IMG/VR virus record: IMGVR_UViG_3300020034_000005
Location: 26,319-90,318 of that record
Reading direction: 5' to 3' (one strand)
Source: a virus
DNA: 64,000 nt
Made by a program: the position numbers and the translations under genes. Shown here piece by piece: positions 29,868-39,283 of this stretch (positions are counted from its first letter, which is position 1; each line of letters starts with the position of its first letter). The notes beneath the pieces were generated by a model, which searched no databases, was not told the DNA's origin, and saw nothing but the letters and a program-made list of their open reading frames with translations.

Positions 29868-30190
29868 TCACACCGCCGCTCGGCCGGGAGATGGACACCA
29901 GCCGCCAGCCCTGCGGGTACTCGCCCGGCGACACCGACGCCGACACCTGCATGCGGCCCGCCACCTGGCACATCGCCTGGGACGTCGCGATGGAGAACGG
30001 GCTCGCCTGCGACGAACACATGGCATCCGCCAAGAAGTTCGCCTACGTCGACCGGCACCCCGTCGGCGCCGACTGCTCCATGCCCGGCAGTGCCTGGTTC
30101 TTCGAGGAACAGCGCTGCGGATACCCCGATGAGGCTCCGGTTCTGCAACTGGCCGAAGCCCTCACAGTGCCCACCAAGGAGCCGAAGTGA
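29864..30190 (+). CDS. Cys/His-rich hypothetical protein
   Basis: GTGA overlap, RBS. Confidence 0.6.
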   Translation: MITPPLGREMDTSRQPCGYSPGDTDADTCMRPATWHIAWDVAMENGLACDEHMASAKKFAYVDRHPVGADCSMPGSAWFFEEQRCGYPDEAPVLQLAEALTVPTKEPK

Positions 30191-30573
30191 CCGACCCCCG
30201 CCAGCCTGCGTCCTTCACCTGTCCGACCTGCACCGAGACGTATCAGCCGCACTGGCGTGACCCAGGCTCCGACCTGTGCCGCTCGTGCGGCCAAAGCCGC
30301 GACGGGTTCTGCAAGTGGGCCGACGAACACCCCCAGCACCTCGACCAGCATCCGTGCAGCGGCAGCAGTGAGGAACCCGGTAGTCCGTGCCGGTACTGCG
30401 CGGCCCCGGTACCGCTCAACGGTGATCCATGCCCGCACTGTTGGCAGACCTTCGACGGCATGAGCATCGCCGACGTCAAGGCCGTGTTCGCGGCCGACGC
30501 GGAGGCCATGGAGGGAGAGCCCGTCTTCAACATCACGCCCATCCTCGACGCGCCCACCGAGGAGACCCGATGA
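30187..30573 (+). CDS. Zn-finger hypothetical protein
   Basis: Four CxxC pairs. Confidence 0.65.
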   Translation: MTDPRQPASFTCPTCTETYQPHWRDPGSDLCRSCGQSRDGFCKWADEHPQHLDQHPCSGSSEEPGSPCRYCAAPVPLNGDPCPHCWQTFDGMSIADVKAVFAADAEAMEGEPVFNITPILDAPTEETR

Positions 30574-31442
30574 CCGACCAGCCGACCTCCGACCCGATCA
30601 CCGCCCTCCTCGCCCACCTGGAGGCGGAGCAGGCGAAAGCCCAACGCACCGCCGACGAGGCGGGTCGGCGCCCTGCGGATGACCTCACCGCCGTCGAGGC
30701 CCTGTACGCGGCCGGCGGGATGGCGTGCGGGTTCCGGCAGGCCGCGGTCCTCGCCGTCCACCACCTGCGCGGGCCGGAAGCCCGGGACGCGTACATCGCC
30801 GCGACCGAGGGGCAGCAGGCGGTGGGGACCGACGCCACCCCCGTCGGCCGATGCGTGTCCAGCCACTGCGTCGAAGGCGATCACATCTTCATGAGCCCCG
30901 AAGAGACGCCCGCGACCAGCACGGACACGCCGGACACCTGCTGCTCCTGCGGCGGCACCCCGGTCGTCTACCGGAACTACCGCGACCTGTCGTTCTGCGC
31001 CCACTGCGCGAACTGTGCGTGCGGGGAACGGCCGTGCGTGCGGGCGACCGACATAGCTGGCGACGACAGCGAGCTGGCCCAGCTGCGTGCCGAGCTGGCC
31101 CGGATGCAGGAGGCGGGCGACCACCACCTCGGCGGCGCCGAACGGGAACGCGCCGACGTCCAGCGGGACCGCGACCAGCACGCCGCCGTACTCACCGACG
31201 TACTGGGCCGGTTCTCACGCGACGCCAACGAGGAGGGCGCCGCCGGGTACCAGTGCCTCCTGACCGTTCCGGGCCCGATCTTCGAGCGCTGGCGCAGCAT
31301 GGTCGCGCCGACCGTCGAGCGCCCGTGGTGGGAACAGGTCAGGCAGTACGAGCAGGCGGCCGTCGACGCCACACGCCACGTGCTGGAGCTGAAGGCCATC
31401 ATCAACGCCGTCCGCGCCGCCCTCGACGGAGACCCGAAGTGA
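30570..31442 (+). CDS. Mosaic hypothetical protein
   Basis: ATGA overlap. Confidence 0.65.
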   Translation: MTDQPTSDPITALLAHLEAEQAKAQRTADEAGRRPADDLTAVEALYAAGGMACGFRQAAVLAVHHLRGPEARDAYIAATEGQQAVGTDATPVGRCVSSHCVEGDHIFMSPEETPATSTDTPDTCCSCGGTPVVYRNYRDLSFCAHCANCACGERPCVRATDIAGDDSELAQLRAELARMQEAGDHHLGGAERERADVQRDRDQHAAVLTDVLGRFSRDANEEGAAGYQCLLTVPGPIFERWRSMVAPTVERPWWEQVRQYEQAAVDATRHVLELKAIINAVRAALDGDPK

Positions 31443-31669
31443 TCGCCGACCTGGCGGGCCGTCTCGCCATCCACCTCACCCGGTACGCACACCGCCACGG
31501 GGTGCACCGGTACCTGGCCACGTCGTGTTTGCACGGTGATCACGCGTACTGCGCCGGGGAGACCGGCCGGGTCGGGGCGAAGGCGCCGGCGCGGTGCAAG
31601 TTCTGCCCGGACGGTGCGGGCAGCTGCGTCTGCCCGTGCCACCGGATCGGGGTGGCCGACCATGCCTGA
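31439..31669 (+). CDS. Small Cys/His protein
   Basis: YLATSCLH..H..C...CKFC...CVCPCH. Confidence 0.6.
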   Translation: MIADLAGRLAIHLTRYAHRHGVHRYLATSCLHGDHAYCAGETGRVGAKAPARCKFCPDGAGSCVCPCHRIGVADHA

Positions 31670-31841
31670 CCCGATCGCGTTGATGCCGCCGGGGGTCGAC
31701 CTCTGGCTGAACGCCGGCGAGAGGTGGATCCACATCCCCGCGCCGCCCACCCCCGCCGAGAAGGCGTTGGCCATCCTGCGCCCGCACCTCGCCTGGCAGC
31801 CCCGGTACCGCCCCACCCCCTGACCCACCAGGAGACCCACC

Positions 31842-32252
31842 GTGACCAAACCGGCAGCAACCGACCCGCTGGCCAAGTCCAACGAGTCCTGCCCCTTCTG
31901 CCTGATCAACCTCGGCCGCGCGCCCGCCACGTTCGTGGGCGAGTGGGCCGACGCCTTCGCGATCGTCCCGCGCCAACCGGTGGTCGAGGGGCACATCCTC
32001 GTCATCCCGAAGAGCCACGTCGTCGATTTCGCGGACGACCCCGACGTGACCGGGGCGACCGCGCGGCGGGCGGCGCAGCTCTGCCGCGACCTGGACCTGG
32101 TGCACGCCAACCTGATCACCAGCCGAGGCGTACACGCCACGCAGTCCGTTTCCCACCTTCACCTGCACCTGATTCCCCGGACGGAGAACGACGGACTGGC
32201 CCTGCCCTGGCACTCCGGCCGCACCCGGCGCACCTCGGGAGACGCGCCATGA
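31842..32252 (+). CDS. HIT-family hydrolase
   Basis: CPFC, GH.LVIP..H, HLHLHLIP triad. Confidence 0.9.
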   Translation: MTKPAATDPLAKSNESCPFCLINLGRAPATFVGEWADAFAIVPRQPVVEGHILVIPKSHVVDFADDPDVTGATARRAAQLCRDLDLVHANLITSRGVHATQSVSHLHLHLIPRTENDGLALPWHSGRTRRTSGDAP

Positions 32253-32419
32253 AGCGGCAACCGCCCCCGTGCCCGTCGGGGAAGTGGCGCTACCGCGACC
32301 GCATCGCCGCCATGTTCGCGCTCGCGGGTATCGACCGCACTGGATCGAAGCGGCGCGAGCAGCGCGCGTACCGGTGTTCCGCCTGCCGCGGCTGGCACCT
32401 CACCAGCCGACCTGCCTGA
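32249..32419 (+). CDS. Small Zn-ribbon protein
   Basis: CPSGK...RAYRC..C.GWHLTS. Confidence 0.6.
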   Translation: MKRQPPPCPSGKWRYRDRIAAMFALAGIDRTGSKRREQRAYRCSACRGWHLTSRPA

Positions 32420-32571
32420 CCCACCGCGCCTGCGTAGGAACCCCTACGCAGGCCACGGCCCGCACCCTCATCACCCAGGCGCAACAACCGAACCCATTCA
32501 CCCCAACAGCCCGCAAGCCGCCACCACAACCTGATGCACTCCCACATTCAACAGAAAGCCCGGGGGAACCC

Positions 32572-32742
32572 ATGTCAGACCACGGCCAACTCGCACACAC
32601 CGGAATCGGCACCGTCGTCATCGGCGGCACCGCCTACTACATCGGCGGCTGGATGATCCTCGCCGCGCTCCTCCTCGTCGCCACCGGAACCCTCCTCATC
32701 CGCCTCCGCTTCCGCCGCGGACGCACCGTCGGTGAGAAGTGA
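32572..32742 (+). CDS. 56-aa peptide consisting almost wholly of an LAxTG-type sorting signal
   Basis: LAHTG, hydrophobic stretch, RLRFRRGR tail; GTGA overlap with GT2. Confidence 0.6.
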   Translation: MSDHGQLAHTGIGTVVIGGTAYYIGGWMILAALLLVATGTLLIRLRFRRGRTVGEK

Positions 32743-34232
32743 CCGGACGCCGCCGCCGGACCCCGGTACTGGCCGCCCACCAGCACCGCTCCGGCACCAT
32801 CCTCATCGGCATCGTCGTCCTCGGATGCGCCGCCGCCTGGGCCGCACAACACGCCCTCGCCGCCTCCGATTACGCCCACACAAGCAGCCGCCTCAGCCTC
32901 GTCTGGGTGGCCCTGTTCTTCGCGTTCATGACGCAGACGCTCATGTACCACCTGGAGCGCCCCAGGAAGGTCAGCGCCCGGCAGCAGCGGTATCTCGACA
33001 GCCTCCACATATCGATCCTCGTGCCCGTCTACAACGAGGACCCCGGATACCTGCGCCTCGGTCTGGAATCGTTCCTCCGCCAGACCCGCATGCCGGACTC
33101 CGTGCACATCGTCGACGACGGCAGCACCAGCTCCGACTACACCCACATCCGCACCTGGTGGCAGCAGGCAGCCCGTAACGCCGGACTTCACACCACCTGG
33201 CAGCGCATCCCCAACGCGGGGAAACGGCACGCCCAGGCCAACGCCGTCGACCGCAGCGGCGACGCGGACATTTACATCACGTGCGACTCCGACAGCTGCT
33301 TTGCCCCCAACGCTGTTGCCGAAGCCCTCGCCCCGTTCGCCCGGCCGCGCGTGCAGTCGGTCGCCGGGATCGTCATCGCCACGAACAACCACGCCAGTCT
33401 CCTGGCCCGTGTCACTGACCTGTGGTTCACCACCACCCAGCTCGTCGACCGGTCCGGGCAGTCCGCGGTCGGCGCCGTCATGGTGAACTCCGGTCCCCTC
33501 GCCGCGTACCGGGCGGGCATCATCCGCGACAACCTCGGCAGCTATTTGAACGAAACGTTCATGGGCCGCCCGGTGATGTTCTCCGACGACAGCCTCCTCA
33601 CCCTGTACGCGCAGGAGCGCGGCCTGACCGTTCAGCAGCCGTCCGCGGTGGTGTTCACGGCGATGCCGGAGAGCTGGGGGCATTTCTCCCGCATGTACCT
33701 GCGGTGGATGCGCGGCTCCACGATCCGGTCGGTGTGGCGGATGCGGTACCTGTCGGTGGCGCGGCCTGCGTTCTGGCTGCACCTGCTGCGCTGGTTCCAG
33801 GTGTTCCTCGTCCAGATGGTCACCGTGTGGCTGGTGCTCGTCGAGCCGATCGCGTACACGAATCTGCCGCCGTTGAGCATGCTGTGGGTGCCGTTCCTCA
33901 TCGGCTGGGCGCAGGGGTTGCGCTACCTGAGTGTGATCCGCAGCGATGAGCGGATCCGGTCGCGGGCGGTGACGTGGCTCCTGATGCCCCTGGCGATCGT
34001 CCTGGCGTGGACGGCGCTGCGGTGGTTGCGCTGGTACGGCATCGCGACGTGCGCCCGCACCGGCTGGGGGACCCGCCAGAACGGCGCCGAAGTGTCCCTC
34101 GCCACCGCGGTCGGCCCGCAGCCCCTGGCGGCGGCGATGCTCGCAGACTTCCCGACGGCGCGAGTGCGGGCCGTCAAGCTCCTCGATGTGGACACCGAGA
34201 CCACCCTGCAAACCGCCCTGCCCCGCCGGTAG
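32739..34232 (+). CDS. Processive GT2 glycosyltransferase (hyaluronan synthase/NodC-like)
   Basis: VPVYNE, DDGS, GKR.A, DSD, SGPL..YR, SDD, xxxRW (MYLRW), WGTR; multiple TMs. Confidence 0.88.
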   Translation: MTGRRRRTPVLAAHQHRSGTILIGIVVLGCAAAWAAQHALAASDYAHTSSRLSLVWVALFFAFMTQTLMYHLERPRKVSARQQRYLDSLHISILVPVYNEDPGYLRLGLESFLRQTRMPDSVHIVDDGSTSSDYTHIRTWWQQAARNAGLHTTWQRIPNAGKRHAQANAVDRSGDADIYITCDSDSCFAPNAVAEALAPFARPRVQSVAGIVIATNNHASLLARVTDLWFTTTQLVDRSGQSAVGAVMVNSGPLAAYRAGIIRDNLGSYLNETFMGRPVMFSDDSLLTLYAQERGLTVQQPSAVVFTAMPESWGHFSRMYLRWMRGSTIRSVWRMRYLSVARPAFWLHLLRWFQVFLVQMVTVWLVLVEPIAYTNLPPLSMLWVPFLIGWAQGLRYLSVIRSDERIRSRAVTWLLMPLAIVLAWTALRWLRWYGIATCARTGWGTRQNGAEVSLATAVGPQPLAAAMLADFPTARVRAVKLLDVDTETTLQTALPRR

Positions 34233-34244
34233 GCCCCATGCGAT

Positions 34245-34278
34245 TGCGGCCCCCGACCCGTGTGGGCCGGGGGCCGCA
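34245..34278. terminator. Hairpin between convergent genes
   Basis: TGCGGCCCCCG...CGGGGGCCGCA. Confidence 0.6.
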
Positions 34279-34305
34279 GACGTGTACGGACGGTGAGGGT
34301 CGCCG

Positions 34306-34491
34306 CTACTCCGACGGCAGCCGGCCCGCGATCTGCCCGGCCAGGATGTGCGCGTCCGTGGCGTGCTCGCCGGATCCGCCGGCCAGCACCTGCAGCAGCC
34401 GGACCGCCTCCCGCGCCTCGTCCAATGTGATCAGCGGGAGGCGGGTGGGCTCGGGGAAGTCGCCGGTGACCGGGGGTGCGATGCCGTCCAT
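34306..34491 (-). CDS. Hypothetical protein
   Basis: Short helical ORF. Confidence 0.5.
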   Translation of the reverse strand: MDGIAPPVTGDFPEPTRLPLITLDEAREAVRLLQVLAGGSGEHATDAHILAGQIAGRLPSE

Positions 34492-34522
34492 GACCAGGGC
34501 AACGGGGCGGGGGAGGGTCCGG

Positions 34523-34810
34523 TTACGGCACGTCGACGATCCTCACGTAGCCCGCCGCGTCCAGCTCGGCCAGCAGCTCGTCGATGTCCTCCGGTGGCAG
34601 CCCCGTGGCGCGCCGCTCCAGCTCAGCAGCCCGCGCGTCCTCGATGCTCCAGTCGCCAGCTGCCGCGAGGAGCTCGCTGAGGAGACCGACCGCACCGAGG
34701 CTCAACGGGGCGTTCTGGATCAAGTCGTTGGGGATGTACGTCACCGGCCTCTCCGGATCACGGAGCACGCTGTCGAGGATGTGCGGCTGTACGTGGACTT
34801 CCTTCGTCAC
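34523..34810 (-). CDS. wHTH protein (replication-initiator N-terminal-like)
   Basis: IPNDLIQ...LS..A.GLL..LL...W....LAELDAAGYV. Confidence 0.6.
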   Translation of the reverse strand: MTKEVHVQPHILDSVLRDPERPVTYIPNDLIQNAPLSLGAVGLLSELLAAAGDWSIEDARAAELERRATGLPPEDIDELLAELDAAGYVRIVDVP

Positions 34811-35029
34811 GGTCGTTCGCCCCTTCGTTGCCAGCCTGCAATCGATCAAGCCTCGCGCGCACGCACTAAGGCCGAAGGGCCACCACGGGCGTGTTGGCAA
34901 GCCGGATATTGATGCCTTCTCCGTATTGGGTAACCCGTCTTGGTAGTGAAGACCCCGGACCGCCGAACCCCTCGCCCGTGACACCTTCGCCGAAGGCGTC
35001 GTCACCGAAGGTGTCGCCAGTGGCGACCT

Positions 35030-35374
35030 CTAAATGTCCGGTTTCGTGGAGCGGTTGTAGACCGTCAACGTCGTCACGAAGCCGCCCCCACCCGGCTGTC
35101 CCGCAGGAACCTTCGATCGCACACGGGTCAGGTAGCCGTACTCCTCCAGCTCGGCGAACGCCATACGGAAAGCCCTCTTGCTCTCCGCCCGATCACCCCG
35201 ATGCCGGTGGGCCTTCTCCCACATCTTCTGGGCGTTCGTCTGCCATCCCGGCGGCCGCGCCAGGATCTCGACCAGCACCATGCGGGACAGCATCCCGAGC
35301 CGCTCGTCGAACACCATCTCGTTCGGGGGCTGGGAGAAGCCCTTCTTGATCTCGGACCGTTGGACTATCAGCAC
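35030..35374 (-). CDS. wHTH protein (replication-initiator N-terminal-like)
   Basis: PNE...D.RL...L..ILARPPGW...ELEEYGYL. Confidence 0.65.
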   Translation of the reverse strand: MLIVQRSEIKKGFSQPPNEMVFDERLGMLSRMVLVEILARPPGWQTNAQKMWEKAHRHRGDRAESKRAFRMAFAELEEYGYLTRVRSKVPAGQPGGGGFVTTLTVYNRSTKPDI

Positions 35375-35599
35375 CTTTCGGCCTCCGTCTGGCAGGCGGA
35401 GGCCGGGGCGGCTATCGTCATGAGAGGTGCCTTACTTCGAGGTGGGACACTGACGAGGCGGGCTGGTAACCCGCTCCATACGCACAGCGGCCGGACGGAG
35501 AACCCCCGTCCGGCCGCTGCCGTTTTGCTGACATTCTACGTGGCGCATGTGACCCAAGTGGCATATTCACGCGGGCAGTTACGCCTGATCCGCACCGCT

Positions 35600-35911
35600 C
35601 TACAGCTCGGTGATCTCGAACGGTTCTGGCAGTGGCAGCAACGGCACGCCCAGCGCCGTCCCGATCAGTGCGCGGGCCAGAATGTCGTGCTCGACCGGGT
35701 CGCGGCCAGGCGGCATCAGCACGCAGAACGACCCGTCCGCGCGGACCGCGACACCACCGCAGAACGTCCGGTCGGTGATCGAGGACGTCACCAGGGCCAC
35801 ACCCAGCTCGGCCAGCAGGTCCGGCAGCGGGGCGTTGAGGAGGTGGGCGGGGGTCGGCCGAGGTCCCACAGGGGTGCGGGTTGTAGACGGCGTTGCTAAG
35901 GTTGCAGACAC
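35600..35911 (-). CDS. Hypothetical protein
   Basis: AAGGAG RBS then GTG. Confidence 0.6.
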   Translation of the reverse strand: MSATLATPSTTRTPVGPRPTPAHLLNAPLPDLLAELGVALVTSSITDRTFCGGVAVRADGSFCVLMPPGRDPVEHDILARALIGTALGVPLLPLPEPFEITEL

Positions 35912-36047
35912 GAGTGCTCCTTCTTCGCGGTAGGAACTCACTGATCAGCAGGTGGCAACCCGCTGGTTGGGCTGGCCGGACGTTCGCAGCGTCCGGCCTT
36001 TCACGTCCCCCCCAATTCAACGACGTGGGCGGGGATGCGTCTCGGTG

Positions 36048-36461
36048 TCAGTGCGGGAGTACGCCATCGAGGTACTCCTGCACCGGTCCGAACAGCCCGT
36101 AGGGCACGTACTCCGCGATCTCCGAGTGCGCGATCCAGGCGACCGCGTCCAACTCCTCGTCGTCAGCGACCCGGGCCTCACCGCCGACGGGGCGGACCGC
36201 GACGTAGTGCATCGGCACCTTCGACTTCGGGTGGACTCGATCACCGAGCACCTTGATCACTTCCACCTTCAGGCCGGTCTCCTCGTCGACCTCGCGGACC
36301 GCCGCCTCCTCCGGGGACTCGCCGGCCTCGATCGCGCCCCCCGGGAAGACCCAGGAGATCTCACCCTCAGAGGCGCGGCGGCGGGCCATGAGGACCTTCC
36401 CGCCATCGGTGATGATCGCCACCGACACGGGGGGCTTCTCGGCAGTCGTCTCGGTCGTCAT
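36048..36461 (-). CDS. Nudix hydrolase
   Basis: Nudix box PGGAIEAGESPEEAAVREVDEETGL. Confidence 0.92.
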   Translation of the reverse strand: MTTETTAEKPPVSVAIITDGGKVLMARRRASEGEISWVFPGGAIEAGESPEEAAVREVDEETGLKVEVIKVLGDRVHPKSKVPMHYVAVRPVGGEARVADDEELDAVAWIAHSEIAEYVPYGLFGPVQEYLDGVLPH

Positions 36462-37096
36462 ACGGTGGCCTCCAGGGCGTCCAGGATCGGCGGGTAGATG
36501 CGGTCGGCGGGGATGTAGCGGGAGAGCTCCGCTATGGGAGCCCATGCCACGTCGGCGTTTTCGGAAGCGTCCCCATTGACCGCTTCGCCGCGCACGAAAT
36601 CGCAGAGATAGTAGTTGCAGTAGGCGCGGGTTACGGGATGAAGTCGTTCACCGAGGTGCTCACGGACCATGCAGTGGATGCCTGTTTCGTCGAGCGTTTC
36701 GCGGACCGCGACCTTGGTGGCGGATCCGCCCGGCTTGACGATTCCGGCAGGGAACTGCCAGGTGATGTCCGTGCCGTCCTGCCTGCAGACGAGGAGCACC
36801 TCACCCCCGCGGCGCACCACGGCGATGGCTACACGCAAGGCCTGTGCCTGCATCTGCTGGGGCTGGGCGCGCGTGTAGTGGATGAACCGCCGACGCACCG
36901 CATCACCTGCCTTCTCCGTGTAGGCCGTATTCAGAATCCGGCGGGTTTCCAACTTCGGGACCATGTCCGGCGACTTGTGCCATGACGCGACACTCCGGAC
37001 GGAGACCCCGAGGCGCGCAGCGAATTCCTCCTGCGAGTCCTCGAATGCGTCCTGGAGACAGCACGCGTGTCGTCCGGTCCACTGGGTGACATCCAC
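36458..37096 (-). CDS. XRE-HTH + Nudix fusion
   Basis: SQEEFAARLGVSVRSVASW; PAG.VKPG....VAVRETLDETGI. Confidence 0.88.
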   Translation of the reverse strand: MDVTQWTGRHACCLQDAFEDSQEEFAARLGVSVRSVASWHKSPDMVPKLETRRILNTAYTEKAGDAVRRRFIHYTRAQPQQMQAQALRVAIAVVRRGGEVLLVCRQDGTDITWQFPAGIVKPGGSATKVAVRETLDETGIHCMVREHLGERLHPVTRAYCNYYLCDFVRGEAVNGDASENADVAWAPIAELSRYIPADRIYPPILDALEATV

Positions 37097-37139
37097 TATC
37101 GGCTCCTTGGCCGCGCCTGTGGGGGCTGTTGCGGCGAAG

Positions 37140-37200
37140 CTGCAGGGTGCCTGCATGTCCGCTGCATGATCACTGCATGTTGCTGCAGGGTGACTTCATG
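37140..37200. repeat. Helically phased CTGCA(T/G)G repeats (putative operator)
   Basis: Copies at 37140, 37151, 37162, 37173, 37183; variant at 37194. Confidence 0.65.
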
Positions 37201-37246
37201 GTCCAGGGACGCGCACGCGCGTTGACTCGATCCCATGAAGCCACCG

Positions 37247-37501
37247 TCACTCTCCCTTGCCGTACTGGAAGGCGCGTTGGTACGTGACGCCTCCCATGAT
37301 CTTGCCGATCTGCTTCCAGGTCGTCGTGGGGGTCTTGAGCCCCTGGGCGATCTCTTGGCGTTGGCGTCTGCGGAACAGTTCGAGTTCCTCTTCGAGGTGC
37401 TTGGCGAGGTTGACGAATGCGGCCCAGCGCTCGGGGAGGTCTTCGATCGCGCGCAGCTCGTCGTCGTAGCGCGTGTAGGGAGCGTCGGAAGAGATGGCCA
37501 T
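37247..37501 (-). CDS. Small HTH regulator
   Basis: TWKQIGKIMGGVTYQRAFQY. Confidence 0.7.
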   Translation of the reverse strand: MAISSDAPYTRYDDELRAIEDLPERWAAFVNLAKHLEEELELFRRRQRQEIAQGLKTPTTTWKQIGKIMGGVTYQRAFQYGKGE

Positions 37502-37565
37502 GACGTGAGAGTACGGGCGATCCGACGCTCACTCAAGACTCAGCTAGAGAAAGTGAGTTGGGTGC

Positions 37566-37594
37566 TTGACTCCCCGTCGTGCGACCTCTACGGT
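37566..37594 (+). promoter_or_regulatory. Principal-sigma-type promoter of the transfer-like operon
   Basis: TTGACT-N17-TACGGT. Confidence 0.55.
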
Positions 37595-37751
37595 CGAGAC
37601 ATCGAAGCCTCAAGCTGCGATTTGAGAATGATCGTCGTCCACTCCTACCGGACCCAGTCCGCGGACGATGAACAACCAAACAAAGCGGGCCGGCCGCGAC
37701 TCCTACATCGCAGGCCGACCCTGACCAACAGGCTCTAACGAGGAGACCCTG

Positions 37752-38066
37752 ATGGGTAAGCCGTACTCTAACGCGCCGCTCAAGGGCGCCGATCATGTGG
37801 CGTCCCGCCCCGGCCGCACGCCGCAATCCCACTATGCGGCGGCGCGGTCTGCCGAGGATGTTGCTCGCGGTCTGTCGCTTCGCTTCACGGTCCGTAGCTT
37901 CACGGGCAGGTTCGCCGACGACGTCGACGCGGTCGCCGTCGAGCGGGCGGAGTTGAAGGCGGCGCGCGACAGCTACAGCCTGCTGGCCGCGGCGCACCGG
38001 TCGGCGGCTCGCCGGATGGAGCGCGTTCAGCGCCTGCGGTCGCTGGTTCGCCGGGCGGTGGCCTGA
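37752..38066 (+). CDS. Hypothetical protein
   Basis: GAGGAG RBS. Confidence 0.6.
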   Translation: MGKPYSNAPLKGADHVASRPGRTPQSHYAAARSAEDVARGLSLRFTVRSFTGRFADDVDAVAVERAELKAARDSYSLLAAAHRSAARRMERVQRLRSLVRRAVA

Positions 38067-38248
38067 TGCCCTCCACCGACAAGCGCAAGGTCCTGAAGGA
38101 GTTCCCTGCCGGCGACCCGCGCGGCTCCTGGCCGGCGGAGCGGTATGCCGACAAGCAGCGTGCGAACGGACGGCGGGTCGAGGTCGTCTTGGACCTGGCC
38201 AGCGACAAGTTCGTGGTCTTCATCCCGGCCGGGGCGGTGTCGTCGTGA
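38066..38248 (+). CDS. Hypothetical protein
   Basis: TGATG overlap. Confidence 0.6.
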   Translation: MPSTDKRKVLKEFPAGDPRGSWPAERYADKQRANGRRVEVVLDLASDKFVVFIPAGAVSS

Positions 38249-38685
38249 TGCACCCGCCGAACTTTTCGCTCCCGTTGACGCAGGTGGATGTCAAGACCGC
38301 CCCGGTTCCGGTTGTCTCGCTCGCCGAGCTGTGGGACGGCATGACGGCGTCGGTGGCTGCGACGGTCACCACCGTGGATCGGCGGGCGACCGGATATGGC
38401 AGCCCGTGGGCGGTCGTGACCCTGGAGGACGACTCGGGTTCGGTCAAGTGCGCGGTGTTCCCAGCCACGTACCGGGTTGTCGCCGAGTCCCTCACTGTCG
38501 GCGCCCGTCTGGTCGTCCGTGGCCGGGTTGACGCCCGTGAGGCCGAGGTCCGGCTCATCGCGATGACCGTGACTAAGGCGGAGATGGCTGCTGCGGAGCG
38601 GTGGCGCTGCCCGGGCTGCGACACGTGGAACACGGCCAAGCGCGATCCGAAGCGCTGTCACGTGTGCGGCGAGAAGCGCAACTAA
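38245..38685 (+). CDS. OB-fold nucleic-acid-binding protein with Zn ribbon
   Basis: WAVVTLED.SG.V.C.VFP..Y...G..L.V.GRVD; CPGC...CHVC. Confidence 0.75.
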   Translation: MMHPPNFSLPLTQVDVKTAPVPVVSLAELWDGMTASVAATVTTVDRRATGYGSPWAVVTLEDDSGSVKCAVFPATYRVVAESLTVGARLVVRGRVDAREAEVRLIAMTVTKAEMAAAERWRCPGCDTWNTAKRDPKRCHVCGEKRN

Positions 38686-38774
38686 CCCCCGATCCAGCCG
38701 CGGGCGAATCACCCCCCGCTTCCGCCCGCGGCTTCCACCCCACCCCACCGTCCCGAGAGGATCCGTGATTCCCC

Positions 38775-39020
38775 ATGTCTCCATCCGTTCTGTCCGACGC
38801 CGATCTGGCTGCCACGACCGCGCTGGGTGCCCGTCGCAGGGCTGCTGTGTCGGTGGCTGAGGCGCACGACGAGCACGTCGCGGAGTTGCTCACCGACTTC
38901 GCTGTGGCGCGTGCCGCTGGCCGTTTCGACGTGATGCAGCTGATCCGTGACCACGCGGCTGCGATCGATCCCGGGCTCGTCGCCGAGCTCGACGGGTTCG
39001 ACTACCTCGCGGCTGCGTGA
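38775..39020 (+). CDS. Hypothetical protein
   Basis: Operon context. Confidence 0.55.
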   Translation: MSPSVLSDADLAATTALGARRRAAVSVAEAHDEHVAELLTDFAVARAAGRFDVMQLIRDHAAAIDPGLVAELDGFDYLAAA

Positions 39021-39280
39021 CTGCCATGGACACCGTCTACCGGTACGCCGCGGTCCTGGCCGCGATCTGCACGCTGCTCGTCGCGGACGCTGCGCTCGGC
39101 GCACACACCTGGTGGTGCCGACTGCGCGGTGCGCACGACGAGACCCCGATGTTCTTGCGGCTCAACCGGGCCGTGGGGTGGGCCGATCGCGACCCGAACC
39201 TCCCTGACCGGTGGCGCGACCCCCGCGACGTCGCCGCAGCCCGGCAGGGCAGTGACGCCTACAACGCCCTGGAGGGCTGA
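39017..39280 (+). CDS. ETPxFLRLN-family small protein with hydrophobic N-terminus
   Basis: Aligns with 45098 and 45578 ORFs. Confidence 0.65.
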   Translation: MTAMDTVYRYAAVLAAICTLLVADAALGAHTWWCRLRGAHDETPMFLRLNRAVGWADRDPNLPDRWRDPRDVAAARQGSDAYNALEG

Positions 39281-39283
39281 CCC

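Noticed and set aside
29854-31443. Repeated GGAGCCGAAGTGA-like junctions
   Set aside because: Explained by RBS plus GTGA stop/start coupling
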